From assembly GCA_002717445.1 (NCBI GenBank), contig PBDY01000002.1, positions 39,186 to 103,185 on the forward strand: a stretch of DNA of 64,000 bases, in the 5' to 3' direction. Source of the DNA: Gammaproteobacteria bacterium. Its GTDB lineage: Bacteria; Pseudomonadota; Gammaproteobacteria; Steroidobacterales; UBA11654. Below are positions 47,645 to 58,004 of the stretch, one piece after another; positions within the stretch are counted from its first letter, which is position 1, and every line of letters begins with the position of its first letter. The position numbers were made by a program, and so were the translations under genes. The notes below the pieces were generated by a model. The model was given only the letters and a program-made list of their open reading frames with translations, was not told where the DNA came from and ran no database searches.

Positions 47645-49275
47645 TTTTTAATTATCCTTTCAATATCTTCCTCACGAATTCTAGTGAGGAGGTTTTCATA
47701 ATCATTTATTTTATGATCTTTGATCACATCAGAAATATTTGACCAATTGAGGTCAGATAGATTCATGAATGATTCGACATTTTTTGCGACCTCAGGCATC
47801 ACGGGTTTTAACATGATGGTTAATTTTAAAAACATATTGAGTGCATTGGTGCAGACCTTTTGAACATTTTCTTTTTCATTGTCATCCTTGATCATGATCC
47901 ATGGTTTTTCTTGATCCAAATATTGGTTTGCTTTGTCAGCCAAAAGCATGATTTTTCTCATTGATTGACCCAATTCACGTTTCTGATAGAGCCCTTTGAC
48001 TATCTTGGCTTCGTTATTGAATATTTCCAATAAATCGTCATCGATATCTTCTGATAGGCAATTTTCAAAATGATCTCTGATGAATTTTGAACTTCGGCTG
48101 GCAATATTGATCCATTTTCCAATCAGATCTGCATTAATTCTGTTTTGAAAATCTACCGTATCGAGATCAAAATCATCAATCCCCGACGAGCTCTTGTAAG
48201 CGAAGTAATAACGAAGATATTCTGGATCAAGATGATCAAGGTAGGTTCTGGCCTTAATAAAAGTTCCTCTGGATTTAGACATTTTCTGACCATTTACCGT
48301 TAAGAAACCATTGACATAAATCGCATCAGGCTTCTTGAGACCGGCACCTTCCAAAACAGCAGGCCAAAAAAGTGCATGGAAGTATATGATGTCTTTGCCG
48401 ATAAAATGAACCATGTGTGTTGTTGGATCATCATGAAAATATTCTTCAAAATGAAGTTTGGATTTATCCGATAGGTTTTTTAGCGATGCAAAATACCCAA
48501 TCGGTGCATCCAACCATACATAAAAGTATTTATCCTCTTCACCCGGAATGATAAAGCCAAAGTAGGGTGCATCCCTTGAAATATCCCAATCCCTTAATCC
48601 AACATCAAACCATTCTTGGAGTTTTGATTTGACCGATGGATGAATATCGATTGTTTCAATCCACTCTTTAAGCATATTGTTGAACTTAGTCAGTTTCATG
48701 AAGTAATGTTCGGATTCTTTCAAGCTCGGTGTTTTGCCGGAAATGGCAGAGATAGGGTCAATCAGATCGGTCGGTTTATATGTCGCACCACACTTTTCAC
48801 AATTATCCCCATATTGATCTGGTTCATTGCATTTGGGGCATGTACCCCTGACATACCGATCGGGCAGGAACATGTTTTCCTTGTCGTCATAGGCTTGTTC
48901 GATGATTTCTGTTCGGATGCAGTCATTGTCCTTGAGTTTTCCATAAATTTCTTTCACCAAACTTTCATTCTCTTCAGAATGAGTTGTGTGATAGTTGTCA
49001 AAGGATACATGAAAGTCTTTGAAGTCATTCTCATGTTGGCGAGTGTATTCCGCTGCTAGTTCTTCAGGTTCTACGCCCAAATCCTCGGCACTCAGCATAA
49101 TGGGGGTCCCATGCGCATCACTTGCACAAACAAACACCACATCATGATCATGCATTTTCAAAAACCTGGACCAAATGTCAGCTTGAATGTAACCGACCAT
49201 ATGACCAATATGAATCGATCCATTGGCATAGGGCAGCGCACTGGTTATAAATATTTTTTTATTTTCAAGACTCAT
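47641..49275 (-). CDS. metG: Methionine--tRNA ligase, catalytic core only
   Basis: 544-aa ORF with HIGH (SIHIGH), a zinc knuckle ([18 protein letters not shown]) and KMSKS. It ends where the classical monomeric core of E. coli MetRS ends. Confidence 0.92.
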   Translation of the reverse strand: MSLENKKIFITSALPYANGSIHIGHMVGYIQADIWSRFLKMHDHDVVFVCASDAHGTPIMLSAEDLGVEPEELAAEYTRQHENDFKDFHVSFDNYHTTHSEENESLVKEIYGKLKDNDCIRTEIIEQAYDDKENMFLPDRYVRGTCPKCNEPDQYGDNCEKCGATYKPTDLIDPISAISGKTPSLKESEHYFMKLTKFNNMLKEWIETIDIHPSVKSKLQEWFDVGLRDWDISRDAPYFGFIIPGEEDKYFYVWLDAPIGYFASLKNLSDKSKLHFEEYFHDDPTTHMVHFIGKDIIYFHALFWPAVLEGAGLKKPDAIYVNGFLTVNGQKMSKSRGTFIKARTYLDHLDPEYLRYYFAYKSSSGIDDFDLDTVDFQNRINADLIGKWINIASRSSKFIRDHFENCLSEDIDDDLLEIFNNEAKIVKGLYQKRELGQSMRKIMLLADKANQYLDQEKPWIMIKDDNEKENVQKVCTNALNMFLKLTIMLKPVMPEVAKNVESFMNLSDLNWSNISDVIKDHKINDYENLLTRIREEDIERIIKK

Positions 49276-49290
49276 GGTGTTTGGATCATT

Positions 49291-51771
49291 TTACCTGAGT
49301 TTCATTAACAACACAGGCAGCAGTGTTAAATTGGCAAACAAAGCAAGCAACATTGCAAATGCGGTGAATAGACCAAAATAGATTGTCGGGATGAAGTTTG
49401 AAAATGCCAATATCGAGAATCCCAAGACGATAATGACAGAGGTGTAATAGATCGCTTGACCGGTACTGCTGTGAGCATTACGTATGGCAACACCAACATC
49501 AGAATACTCAAGCATTTCCTCTCTATAACGATGAACATAATGAATCGAGTGATCCACACCAATGCCGATGCATATGGCAGCAATTGTGATGGTCATAATA
49601 TCGAGCGGAATATTCATTAAGCCCATTAAGCCTAAGACTGAAGAAGAAGCAATGATGCTAGGAATCACAGCAATGATCGCAAATTTGATTGATCTGAATA
49701 AAAATAAAAACATGACCATGATCGCAGCAAAAACAAATCCAATCGTTAGAATTTGAGAGGTGATTAGGCTTTCAAGAACATTATTGTATAAAACCAGCAT
49801 TCCGGTTAACTTCACTTGAGAGTCTTTAAGCCCAAGTTCTGTCGTTAAATCACGTTTGATTTTTCTTAATAATTCACCTCTTTGTAAATCTGGATAAGAT
49901 TCAAGCACCCTAAAAGAGATCCTGAGTTGATTGCCATCTTCTGAAAGATATGGATCAAAGAGAGCCTCCTTAACATCATCTGGCACTTTCTTATAAAGAA
50001 CGGATAGAAAGAAAGTATCCATCTCATCGCCATCATTTAAGGTTTCAAGAACATCCATTGTGGTGTCAAATGAGATCACCTTTCCAGCTTCATTCAATGA
50101 TTCCAAATATTCATGCACAGCCTCAATCGTCTTGAGTCGATATGAGTTATACCAATAGCTGTCACCACCAATGTCATATTCACCATCTTCTTCGAAGAAC
50201 ATCTCATCAAAGAAATCATCCTCAATCATTGCTTCATCTTCGCTGGCATTAAAAAAATCAGGGTCCGCTTCAATGATGATATCAAGGGGTGTTGTTCCGC
50301 CAAGCTGGGTGTCAATCACGGTCAAGCCTTGGAAAATTTCAGTGTCTTCCTTGAAAGCCTTGATGAATTGGTTCTCAGCTGTCAGCTTTGTGATTCCAGA
50401 GACACTGATCGCAAACATGATCGTAAATAAGACAAGAATCTGTATTGGCTTATGAATTACAAGATTTGCAAAGGCATTCGTCAGCATATGGGTTTTGTCT
50501 TTCTTAATCTCATGATCAATTTTGGAGAACAGACTAAGCAATGCTGGGAAGAGGTTGAATACCAGAATAAAAATTACTCCCATACTGATCAACATCATCC
50601 ACCCAAAGTCAATCACTGGTCGAATGCCAGCTATCAGGAGGGACCCAAAGCCAACCATCGTTGTTATTGTCGTAAAGAGGCAGGGTTCAAACTTATCTCG
50701 CATGGTCATTGTGATCAATGATGAATGTTTTTCATCAGGAAATAGTTTTACAAGTTCACGATATCGAACAGTGAGATGAACGGTAATCGAAAGACTAAAA
50801 ATTAATAATAGAGCCACAAAATTTGCTGAAACAACGGTGACAGGCCATGACATAAAACCCAATACTCCTGTCATAATCAACAATCCAATCAGACAGCAAG
50901 CCATTGAAATGACCATCCATTGAGGGTTTTTAAATATCACTAAGAGTGCAATCACCAGAAACATCAATATCAATAATCCAAATAGTTGAATGTCATTTTG
51001 AATATAATCGATCATATCCACAGTGATCATTGGGACACCTCCCAGGAAGATTTCAGCGAATGACTTGTATTGATCAAGTACATTTCTTACGTCTGAAACC
51101 ATTCTTTCAGTTTCATTTCTTTCATCTTTTCTAAGTCTTTTTACTTCTGAAGTGAGTCGACTGAGTTCTTTAAGTTCTGCTGTAGAAAGATCTGAATTCA
51201 ATCTTTTTGCCCTGAGCGCGTCTCTTTGGTCAATCAGTCTTTCCAGTTCATTATTGAGCCTTATATTTAGAAGCATGGCAGTGGTTTTTGAATCCTCACT
51301 GATGATTAGATTCCTATAAAGATTGCTTGTCGTGAGTTCAATCTTTGCCAATTTTCTATCGGTCTCTGGGCTTAAGAAAGTTGGTGCTGAGTCGGCAATC
51401 TCAGAAAGACTTTTTGGTGGTGATTTCAACAATGGAACATCCAAAATACTCACAACCGATTCAATCTGTTCCAATTTAGATAGATCTCCTTTAAGACTGC
51501 TTAGGAAGTCGATTGTTTTTTCTTCAAATAAACCACTCTTGGGACTGATGGTAACCACTAAAAACTCATCATCGCCATATCTTGCTTTGATGTTTCTGTA
51601 ATATCGTAAGTCTTCATCGTCCTCTAGTAAGAGCGAGTCTGATGAGGCATCAAGCTCAAAATACTGAATATTGTATGAGAAAAAACCCAAAAGAGAGAGG
51701 ATCACCAAGATCGTAATGAACGGATTCATGGTTGGTTTCTCCAATTGCCAATTGATGATCTTATTAAGCAT
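49291..51771 (-). CDS. RND superfamily / MMPL-type transporter (HpnN-like architecture)
   Basis: 826-aa ORF with two 6-TM bundles, each preceded by a large extracytoplasmic loop. No adjacent MFP/OMF genes. Confidence 0.7.
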   Translation of the reverse strand: MLNKIINWQLEKPTMNPFITILVILSLLGFFSYNIQYFELDASSDSLLLEDDEDLRYYRNIKARYGDDEFLVVTISPKSGLFEEKTIDFLSSLKGDLSKLEQIESVVSILDVPLLKSPPKSLSEIADSAPTFLSPETDRKLAKIELTTSNLYRNLIISEDSKTTAMLLNIRLNNELERLIDQRDALRAKRLNSDLSTAELKELSRLTSEVKRLRKDERNETERMVSDVRNVLDQYKSFAEIFLGGVPMITVDMIDYIQNDIQLFGLLILMFLVIALLVIFKNPQWMVISMACCLIGLLIMTGVLGFMSWPVTVVSANFVALLLIFSLSITVHLTVRYRELVKLFPDEKHSSLITMTMRDKFEPCLFTTITTMVGFGSLLIAGIRPVIDFGWMMLISMGVIFILVFNLFPALLSLFSKIDHEIKKDKTHMLTNAFANLVIHKPIQILVLFTIMFAISVSGITKLTAENQFIKAFKEDTEIFQGLTVIDTQLGGTTPLDIIIEADPDFFNASEDEAMIEDDFFDEMFFEEDGEYDIGGDSYWYNSYRLKTIEAVHEYLESLNEAGKVISFDTTMDVLETLNDGDEMDTFFLSVLYKKVPDDVKEALFDPYLSEDGNQLRISFRVLESYPDLQRGELLRKIKRDLTTELGLKDSQVKLTGMLVLYNNVLESLITSQILTIGFVFAAIMVMFLFLFRSIKFAIIAVIPSIIASSSVLGLMGLMNIPLDIMTITIAAICIGIGVDHSIHYVHRYREEMLEYSDVGVAIRNAHSSTGQAIYYTSVIIVLGFSILAFSNFIPTIYFGLFTAFAMLLALFANLTLLPVLLMKLR

Positions 51772-51869
51772 TTCTTTATCTTACTCTTACTGGTGGATGT
51801 TTAAATTTTAGTGCATCATACTATCTACAATAAATAGTTTAATTTATTTCTTTTAATTATCTTTAAGCG

Positions 51870-52436
51870 ATGGCAATTAAATCTGACAAATGGATCAAAA
51901 GAATGGCTGATAATCATGGAATGATAGAGCCGTTCACTGATTCCCAGATAAGAAAAAAAGATGGAAATGATCTGATTTCTTATGGGACATCAAGCTTTGG
52001 TTACGATGTTAGATGTGCGACTGAGTTTAAAGTTTTTACCAATATCAATTCAGCCGTCGTTGACCCCAAGTCATTTGATGAGAATAGCTTTGTCAATTTT
52101 GATTCCGATGTATGCATCATTCCTCCGAATTCATTTGCCCTTGCAAGGACAATTGAATTTTTTAGAATTCCAAGAAATGTTTTGACCATTTGTTTAGGCA
52201 AATCAACCTATGCACGATGTGGAATCATAGTGAACGTGACGCCACTCGAACCAGAATGGGAAGGACATGTCACTCTCGAGTTTTCAAACACCACACCATT
52301 GCCTGCAAAGATATATGCCAATGAAGGCGTTGCTCAGATGATATTTCTTGAATCAGACGAGGATTGCGAGGAGTCATATCTCGACAGAAAAGGCAAATAC
52401 CAAGGTCAGACTGGAGTTACATTGCCCAAAACCTAG
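51870..52436 (+). CDS. dcd: dCTP deaminase
   Basis: 188-aa ORF. It is near-colinear with the Pseudomonas-type Dcd as I recall it ([71 protein letters not shown]). Confidence 0.9.
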   Translation: MAIKSDKWIKRMADNHGMIEPFTDSQIRKKDGNDLISYGTSSFGYDVRCATEFKVFTNINSAVVDPKSFDENSFVNFDSDVCIIPPNSFALARTIEFFRIPRNVLTICLGKSTYARCGIIVNVTPLEPEWEGHVTLEFSNTTPLPAKIYANEGVAQMIFLESDEDCEESYLDRKGKYQGQTGVTLPKT

Positions 52437-53095
52437 CTTTTTTTGATAATTCTGGGTTCGGATAGTGGAGCGCCATCTAGGCAAAGTTTCTCAGATTCAA
52501 ACGATAGCCTGTCTTCGCTAAACCACTGAATTGCTTTTGAGTAGATGATGTATTCACCTCGCTGCACTTTTTCTTGAAGCGAATGACGGTCATCATGATT
52601 TTCAATATTGAATTGATATTGTATGATGACGGGGCCATCATCCAGTTCTGGGGTCACAAAGTGAACACTCGCTCCGTGTAATTCTTCTTGATCATCGATC
52701 ACTCTTTGGTGGGTGTTCAGGCCTTTATATTTTGGCAGTAGAGACGGATGTATATTTAGAATCCTGCCTGTAAAACGAAGACAAAAACTTCTACTCAGTA
52801 TCTTCATGTATCCAGCTAAAATAATTAGATCAGGATTGAGGGCAATCATTTCTTTTTCAAAGCATTCATCAAAATCTTTACGATTTTGAAATGAAGAGTC
52901 ATCGATTATTTTTGTATTGATCCCTTCTTTTTCAGCCCTATCGAGTCCTTTTGCTTTAGGATTATCTGATATCACTGAGATCAGATCGATCTGCAGAGCT
53001 TTATCGTTTATGTTGTCTATGATGGCTTGAAGGTTGGTTCCATTGCCAGAAATGAAACAAACTGCTCTGCATTTTGATCGACTTTCATCACCCAT
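52433..53095 (-). CDS. purN: Phosphoribosylglycinamide formyltransferase
   Basis: 220-aa ORF with [38 protein letters not shown] and [18 protein letters not shown] blocks. Confidence 0.9.
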   Translation of the reverse strand: MGDESRSKCRAVCFISGNGTNLQAIIDNINDKALQIDLISVISDNPKAKGLDRAEKEGINTKIIDDSSFQNRKDFDECFEKEMIALNPDLIILAGYMKILSRSFCLRFTGRILNIHPSLLPKYKGLNTHQRVIDDQEELHGASVHFVTPELDDGPVIIQYQFNIENHDDRHSLQEKVQRGEYIIYSKAIQWFSEDRLSFESEKLCLDGAPLSEPRIIKKS

Positions 53096-54128
53096 GATTG
53101 ATGATTACAGATTTTTCTCCACTCTCGATGAATCCGATGTCATAAGCTTCTATGTCGGCATTTTGAAAATGCTTGATGACTGCATCTTTAAGATTACTCC
53201 TGACAATGACCACGTATCCTATGCCACAATTAAATGTTTTAAGCATTTCATCCGAATCAATATTTGCCTCTTTTTGAATCCACTGAAAAACAGGCGGTAA
53301 GTTCCAACAATTTGTATCAATAATCGCCTTAAAACCTTTCGGTATGGCTCGGATGATATTGTCTTGGAATCCGCCCCCAGTGATATGTGCCATTGATTTA
53401 ACTTCAAAATTGTCGAGACAGCTTAGAACTGGACGACTGTATATGGTCGTAGGATTAATGATTTGTTTCCCAAGCTTCTCACCATTTTGGATTTGATCTA
53501 GGTCTACTGAATTCTGCTCAATTAATTTTCTAATCAGTGAATATCCATTTGAATGAGCCCCGGATGATGCCAGACCTATGATTGCATCACCTTCTGAAAT
53601 ATTCGATCCATCAATGATCTTATCGTAATCAACAATGCCGACGCAAAATCCAGCAAGATCAAAGTCACCCGACTGATAAACACCTGGCATTTCAGCAGTT
53701 TCTCCACCAATGAGTGCCATTTCAGATTGCAGGCATCCATCGGCAATTCCTTTTATGATTCTTTTAGCTTGTGAATTGTCGAGTGCTGAGGTTGCAAAAT
53801 AATCAAGAAAAAAGAGGGGTTTTGCGCCAGATGTAATAATGTCATTAACACACATCGCAACCAGATCAATACCAACCCCTTCAAGGATATCGAGTTGTTG
53901 TGCCAGCTTCACTTTTGTCCCAACTCCATCCGTGCCAGAAACAAGAACCGGCCGCTCAAAGTCTTTAGTGTTTAACTCGAATAATGCTCCGAAACCACCA
54001 ATATTAGACAGTACGTCATCGTTTAGGGTTTCTTTGATCATTGGCTTGATTTCATCAATCAAATCATTGGCCTTGCCAATGTCTACACCGGAATCCGAAT
54101 ATGTTATTTTTGATTTTTGGTTACTCAT
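53088..54128 (-). CDS. purM: Phosphoribosylformylglycinamidine cyclo-ligase
   Basis: 346-aa ORF with YSDSGVDI, LVSGTDGVGTK, GGETAEMPG and AHITGGG blocks. It overlaps purN by 8 nt. Confidence 0.92.
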   Translation of the reverse strand: MSNQKSKITYSDSGVDIGKANDLIDEIKPMIKETLNDDVLSNIGGFGALFELNTKDFERPVLVSGTDGVGTKVKLAQQLDILEGVGIDLVAMCVNDIITSGAKPLFFLDYFATSALDNSQAKRIIKGIADGCLQSEMALIGGETAEMPGVYQSGDFDLAGFCVGIVDYDKIIDGSNISEGDAIIGLASSGAHSNGYSLIRKLIEQNSVDLDQIQNGEKLGKQIINPTTIYSRPVLSCLDNFEVKSMAHITGGGFQDNIIRAIPKGFKAIIDTNCWNLPPVFQWIQKEANIDSDEMLKTFNCGIGYVVIVRSNLKDAVIKHFQNADIEAYDIGFIESGEKSVIINHG

Positions 54129-54183
54129 TCCTAAAAAGTGTGTTCTTTCTAATCCGAGCTATGATAATTAAATGAAAGACTAT

Positions 54184-54200
54184 ATTATCATCATGATAAT
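54184..54200. promoter_or_regulatory. Perfect 17-bp palindrome (candidate operator, Fur-box-like) in the purM / PgsA-like divergent region
   Basis: ATTATCAT-C-ATGATAAT at 54184-54200, with an extra ATGATAAT half-site at 54161-54168. By hand count, 54189-54207 matches the 19-bp Fur consensus GATAATGATAATCATTATC at 15/19 positions. Confidence 0.3.
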
Positions 54201-54223
54201 CATTAATCTTTGAGATATTCTCG

Positions 54224-54802
54224 ATGAGTTCTTATTTTCAGCTACGAATGTCATATATTCCGAATGCAATTTGCATTCTTAGGATAATTTTAGTGATTCC
54301 CATCATCGATTTTTTATGGGACAAGCAGTACGAAAATGCTCTAGGGTTAATTGCAATTGCTGGTATCTCAGATTTTCTAGATGGTTTTTTGGCCAAAAGA
54401 AATAATTGGCGATCGAATCTAGGAGCTGCACTTGATCCAGCGGCAGATAAAATTCTCTTAGTGAGCTTGTTTGTGACGCTTTATCTTATGGGTTTGGTGC
54501 CATTTTGGTTAATGGCAACGGTCTTGCTGAGGGATTTTATGATCTTATTTGGACTGGCTCTGTATTATTATTTCATAGAAAAACCGAGCCCCAATCCGTC
54601 ATTCATCAGTAAGTTAAATACTTTTCTGCAGATCTTTTTTGTTCTTTTTGTTATTGCAGGGCAGGCTCTGACACCAAGCTTTGATCTTTTGATCCAGTTC
54701 ACAGGGTCATTAGTCTTTCTCGCTTCGATTCTGAGTGGTTTGGATTATTGGATTTCATGGTCAATCAGAGCGAAGAAGATAATCACTGCCAAGGCCTCAT
54801 AA
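54224..54802 (+). CDS. CDP-alcohol phosphatidyltransferase family protein (PgsA-like)
   Basis: 192-aa ORF with the motif DFLDGFLAKR...G.ALDPAADKIL (D-x2-DG-x2-AR...G-x3-D-x3-D). Confidence 0.75.
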   Translation: MSSYFQLRMSYIPNAICILRIILVIPIIDFLWDKQYENALGLIAIAGISDFLDGFLAKRNNWRSNLGAALDPAADKILLVSLFVTLYLMGLVPFWLMATVLLRDFMILFGLALYYYFIEKPSPNPSFISKLNTFLQIFFVLFVIAGQALTPSFDLLIQFTGSLVFLASILSGLDYWISWSIRAKKIITAKAS

Positions 54803-54806
54803 AAAA

Positions 54807-55487
54807 GTGAAACAACTCCCGCTTCCAGTAGAGATCTCTCAATACATGACTTTTGAGAGTTTTTTTGTTGGCCAAAACTCAGCATTAATAGATGCACTCA
54901 AAGGTGAGGATCAAAAACTAATATGGATCGCAGGAGAGTCGGGGAACGGTAAAACACATCTTCTCAGCTCGTTATGTAACCAATACGATATAAACAACAA
55001 GAGGATTCAATATTTAAGTATGGCAGAAGCAAAAGACTATTCACCAGAGATCATTGAAGGTCTAGAGGGATTAGATTTGATTGCGATAGATGATCTTGAT
55101 TGTGTAGTGGGGCAATATACGTGGGAAGAGAAATTAATGCATCTTTATGAGAGCATCCTAAGTTCGAGCTCACGATTAATCGTTGCGTCTAAAGAGACAC
55201 CAAAAGGTTTGAGTTTTAAGATTCCAGATTTGGCATCTCGGTTTTCATTGGGATTATTATTCAGGATTGATCCGCTTGATGACGATGAGCTTGTTTTCGC
55301 AATTCAGTATCATGCCAATGCCAGAGGATTCGAGCTGCCCGATGATTCTGCTAAGTTTATCATTAAGCGAACCGTTAGAAGTGTGACTTCTTTGATGGAT
55401 ATTCTAGACATCCTTGATTATGAGTCATTATCCAATAAGAGAAAGCTAACCATACCTTTTGTTAAGTCAGTATTGAAGCTCAATTGA
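54807..55487 (+). CDS. hda: DnaA regulatory inactivator Hda
   Basis: 226-aa ORF with a GTG start. It has a QLPLP N-terminus, a Walker A-like GESGNGKTHLL, a DDLD box and a C-terminal KLTIPFVKSVLKL as in E. coli Hda. Confidence 0.8.
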   Translation: MKQLPLPVEISQYMTFESFFVGQNSALIDALKGEDQKLIWIAGESGNGKTHLLSSLCNQYDINNKRIQYLSMAEAKDYSPEIIEGLEGLDLIAIDDLDCVVGQYTWEEKLMHLYESILSSSSRLIVASKETPKGLSFKIPDLASRFSLGLLFRIDPLDDDELVFAIQYHANARGFELPDDSAKFIIKRTVRSVTSLMDILDILDYESLSNKRKLTIPFVKSVLKLN

Positions 55488-55561
55488 ACCATCCACTGAT
55501 TATCATATAGACGTTGTTTGATTTGATTGATATTCTTTGATCTATTGATTAAATCATTGAA

Positions 55562-55864
55562 ATGAAGAATTACTTAATATCTCTAATCATCATATTTGCG
55601 CTGAGCGCATGTGCAACTTTGCCTCCGTTGCAAGAGATGAGTAATGCCAGACAAACCATTGCAGCGGCAAAGGAAATGAATTCCGGTGCAGATCAATCTC
55701 AGAAAATCCTGGAAGCAGAACGCCTTTTATCCAGGGCCGAAAGAAGGATGGAGGTCAATCTTTATGAACCTGCCAGGCAGGATGCCTTAAGGGCTCAGAA
55801 AGAAGCAATTGAGTTCATTGAGTGGGCAATTTCGCAATCGTCAAATCAGAAAAAGGGCGACTAA
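55562..55864 (+). CDS. Small lipoprotein (DUF4398-like)
   Basis: 100-aa ORF with the lipobox LSAC and a helical body (ARQTIAAAKE.., AERLLSRAE..) typical of DUF4398. Confidence 0.55.
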   Translation: MKNYLISLIIIFALSACATLPPLQEMSNARQTIAAAKEMNSGADQSQKILEAERLLSRAERRMEVNLYEPARQDALRAQKEAIEFIEWAISQSSNQKKGD

Positions 55865-57103
55865 TCAATCCTTGAGATGTTTGATAACCTCATCCATCTT
55901 GACATCCCTTTTTTCACTTGTTCTCCTTGAAGTAATTTCAATTTTCTTTTGTTCAATACCCCTTTTGCCAACAATCACATGAGTGGGGATGCCCATTAAG
56001 TCTGCATCTGCGAATTTAACTCCCGCTCTTTCATCGCGATCATCAATCAGAACTTCAACGCCATCCGTTTTGAGCTCTTGATAAATTTTCAATGCATGAT
56101 CCATGACACTGGAATCGTTTTTATCATTGAGGACGATAATCAATATCTCAAAAGGTGAAATAGCTTTCGGCCAGATGATTCCTTTTTCATCATGGTTTTG
56201 TTCAATCGCAGCCGCAACGATTCTTGAGATACCAATGCCATAGCAGCCCATATAAGGATTGACATTCTTACCACTGGAATCAAGGACATCAAGCTTCATC
56301 GATTTACTGTACTTATCACCCAGTTGAAAAATATGTCCCACCTCAATTCCACGTGCATAGGTCAACTCTCCACCATTCGGGGCATTCTTGGAGTCTAATG
56401 TTTCAACATTTGCAGCAAAATTTTCATCATCACAAAAAGCGATTTCATCTTCACCAGACTCTGCAATGACATGAAATTCATGGGACACCGATCCACCAAT
56501 CTCTCCGCTCGTAGCTTCAACCTTCCTGAAATTAAGTTCTAATTTTTTAAAGATGGTTTCATAGGTCTGACCCATCTTTTCATACTCCTCTTCAAGAGAA
56601 TCTTGGTTTAAGTGAAACGAGTAAGCGTCTTTCATCAAAAACTCTCTTGCCCTCATCACACCAAACCGAGGCCTGATTTCATCTCTGAATTTAGTCTGAA
56701 TTTGGTAGAAATTTACAGGCAACTGTTTGTAGCTTTTTACACTTTTTCTAAGTATGTCTGTAATCACTTCTTCATGCGTTGGTCCATAGCAAAATAGACG
56801 ATCATGACGATCATGGATTTGTAGCAGTAGATTTCCATAGTCTTCCCACCGTTCGGTTTCTTGCCAAAGCTCTGAAGGTTGAATCGTTGGCATAAGTACT
56901 TCAAGCGCGCCAGACTCATCCATTTCTTTTCGCACAGTCTGCTCAATCTTTCTTAATACTTTTAGACCAAATGGCATCCAAGTGAATATCCCAGAGGCCA
57001 ATTTCTTTATGAGTCCAGATCTCAGCATGAGTTGATGCGAGATCAATTCTGCATCAGATGGCGCATCTTTGAACGTTCTAAGAGGATAATTCGATAATTT
57101 CAT
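55865..57103 (-). CDS. proS: Proline--tRNA ligase, bacterial type, lacking the INS editing domain
   Basis: 412-aa ORF. It is colinear with E. coli ProRS at the N-terminus (ISHQLMLRSGLIKKLASGIFTW), motifs 2 and 3 (RGIEVGHIFQLG, GCYGIGISR) and the anticodon-binding C-terminus, but it is about 160 aa shorter. Confidence 0.85.
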   Translation of the reverse strand: MKLSNYPLRTFKDAPSDAELISHQLMLRSGLIKKLASGIFTWMPFGLKVLRKIEQTVRKEMDESGALEVLMPTIQPSELWQETERWEDYGNLLLQIHDRHDRLFCYGPTHEEVITDILRKSVKSYKQLPVNFYQIQTKFRDEIRPRFGVMRAREFLMKDAYSFHLNQDSLEEEYEKMGQTYETIFKKLELNFRKVEATSGEIGGSVSHEFHVIAESGEDEIAFCDDENFAANVETLDSKNAPNGGELTYARGIEVGHIFQLGDKYSKSMKLDVLDSSGKNVNPYMGCYGIGISRIVAAAIEQNHDEKGIIWPKAISPFEILIIVLNDKNDSSVMDHALKIYQELKTDGVEVLIDDRDERAGVKFADADLMGIPTHVIVGKRGIEQKKIEITSRRTSEKRDVKMDEVIKHLKD

Positions 57104-57215
57104 AATGAAATAGTATGTAAAAACCCAAGTAAATGCATCAAATCATCAGATATATTATTTTCATATTTTTTAAATCCAATTTTTACATGTCTCATGATTT
57201 ATTTATAATGTCGCG

Positions 57216-58001
57216 ATGGATCTGAGAAAAGAAAAAAACAGAGAAAAGGTAAACTTAAAGAAAGGCATATTTATTTTGCCTAATTTATTTACTTCAGCAA
57301 ATTTATTTGCGGGATGTTTTTCTATCTTCTGTTCGATTGACGGAGAGTTTGAGATGGCAATCATTTCAATCATTGTTGCTGTCTTTTTAGACGGTTTAGA
57401 TGGGAAGGTTGCAAGAGCCACAAATGCTGTTTCTGATTTTGGCAAAGACTACGACAGTCTTTGCGATTTAATTTCATTCGGCGTTGCTCCGTCCATATTG
57501 TTCTATTCTTGGGCCACAGATCATTTCATCGATATGATTGACATTAAATTTATGTGGCTTCTTTCATTTTTCTATATTGCGACAACAGCATTGAGGCTTG
57601 CCAGATTTAATAATCATCTTCTTCTTAAGTCCGAGAACTATTTCTTAGGATTACCATCTCCTGCCTCTGCAACATTGGTCACTGTCATGCTTTGGCAGTG
57701 CGTCATTCATTCATTTGATCAGCTGATTGCACTGATTGTGATATCACTTTTTTATGTCACTGCATCAATGCTCATGGTCACAAAGATTCACTACAACAGT
57801 TTCAAAGATCTCAGAACATTAAATAAAATGCCATTTAACGGAACTCTATTGATTCCATTGGTATTCATTATGATTATTCTTGATGCACCAAATGTACTAA
57901 GCCTTTTATCAGTTATTTACCTTTTCTCCGGATTATTAGGAGTTTTGACTAGATTTGTAAGGAGTCGTCGCAAAGGGCGAGAAAAAAATGCCACACAGTA
58001 A
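57216..58001 (+). CDS. pssA: CDP-diacylglycerol--serine O-phosphatidyltransferase (type II)
   Basis: 261-aa ORF with LPNLFTSANLFAG and DGLDGKVARATNAVSDFGKDYDSLCDLISFG motifs. Confidence 0.85.
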   Translation: MDLRKEKNREKVNLKKGIFILPNLFTSANLFAGCFSIFCSIDGEFEMAIISIIVAVFLDGLDGKVARATNAVSDFGKDYDSLCDLISFGVAPSILFYSWATDHFIDMIDIKFMWLLSFFYIATTALRLARFNNHLLLKSENYFLGLPSPASATLVTVMLWQCVIHSFDQLIALIVISLFYVTASMLMVTKIHYNSFKDLRTLNKMPFNGTLLIPLVFIMIILDAPNVLSLLSVIYLFSGLLGVLTRFVRSRRKGREKNATQ

Positions 58002-58004
58002 AGC

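Noticed and set aside
55488-55561. Cluster of TTGAT(T) repeats and a partial DnaA-box-like ATCCAC just downstream of hda
   Set aside because: The repeats are short, irregularly spaced and expected in AT-rich spacer DNA. The DnaA-box match is only about 6/9.
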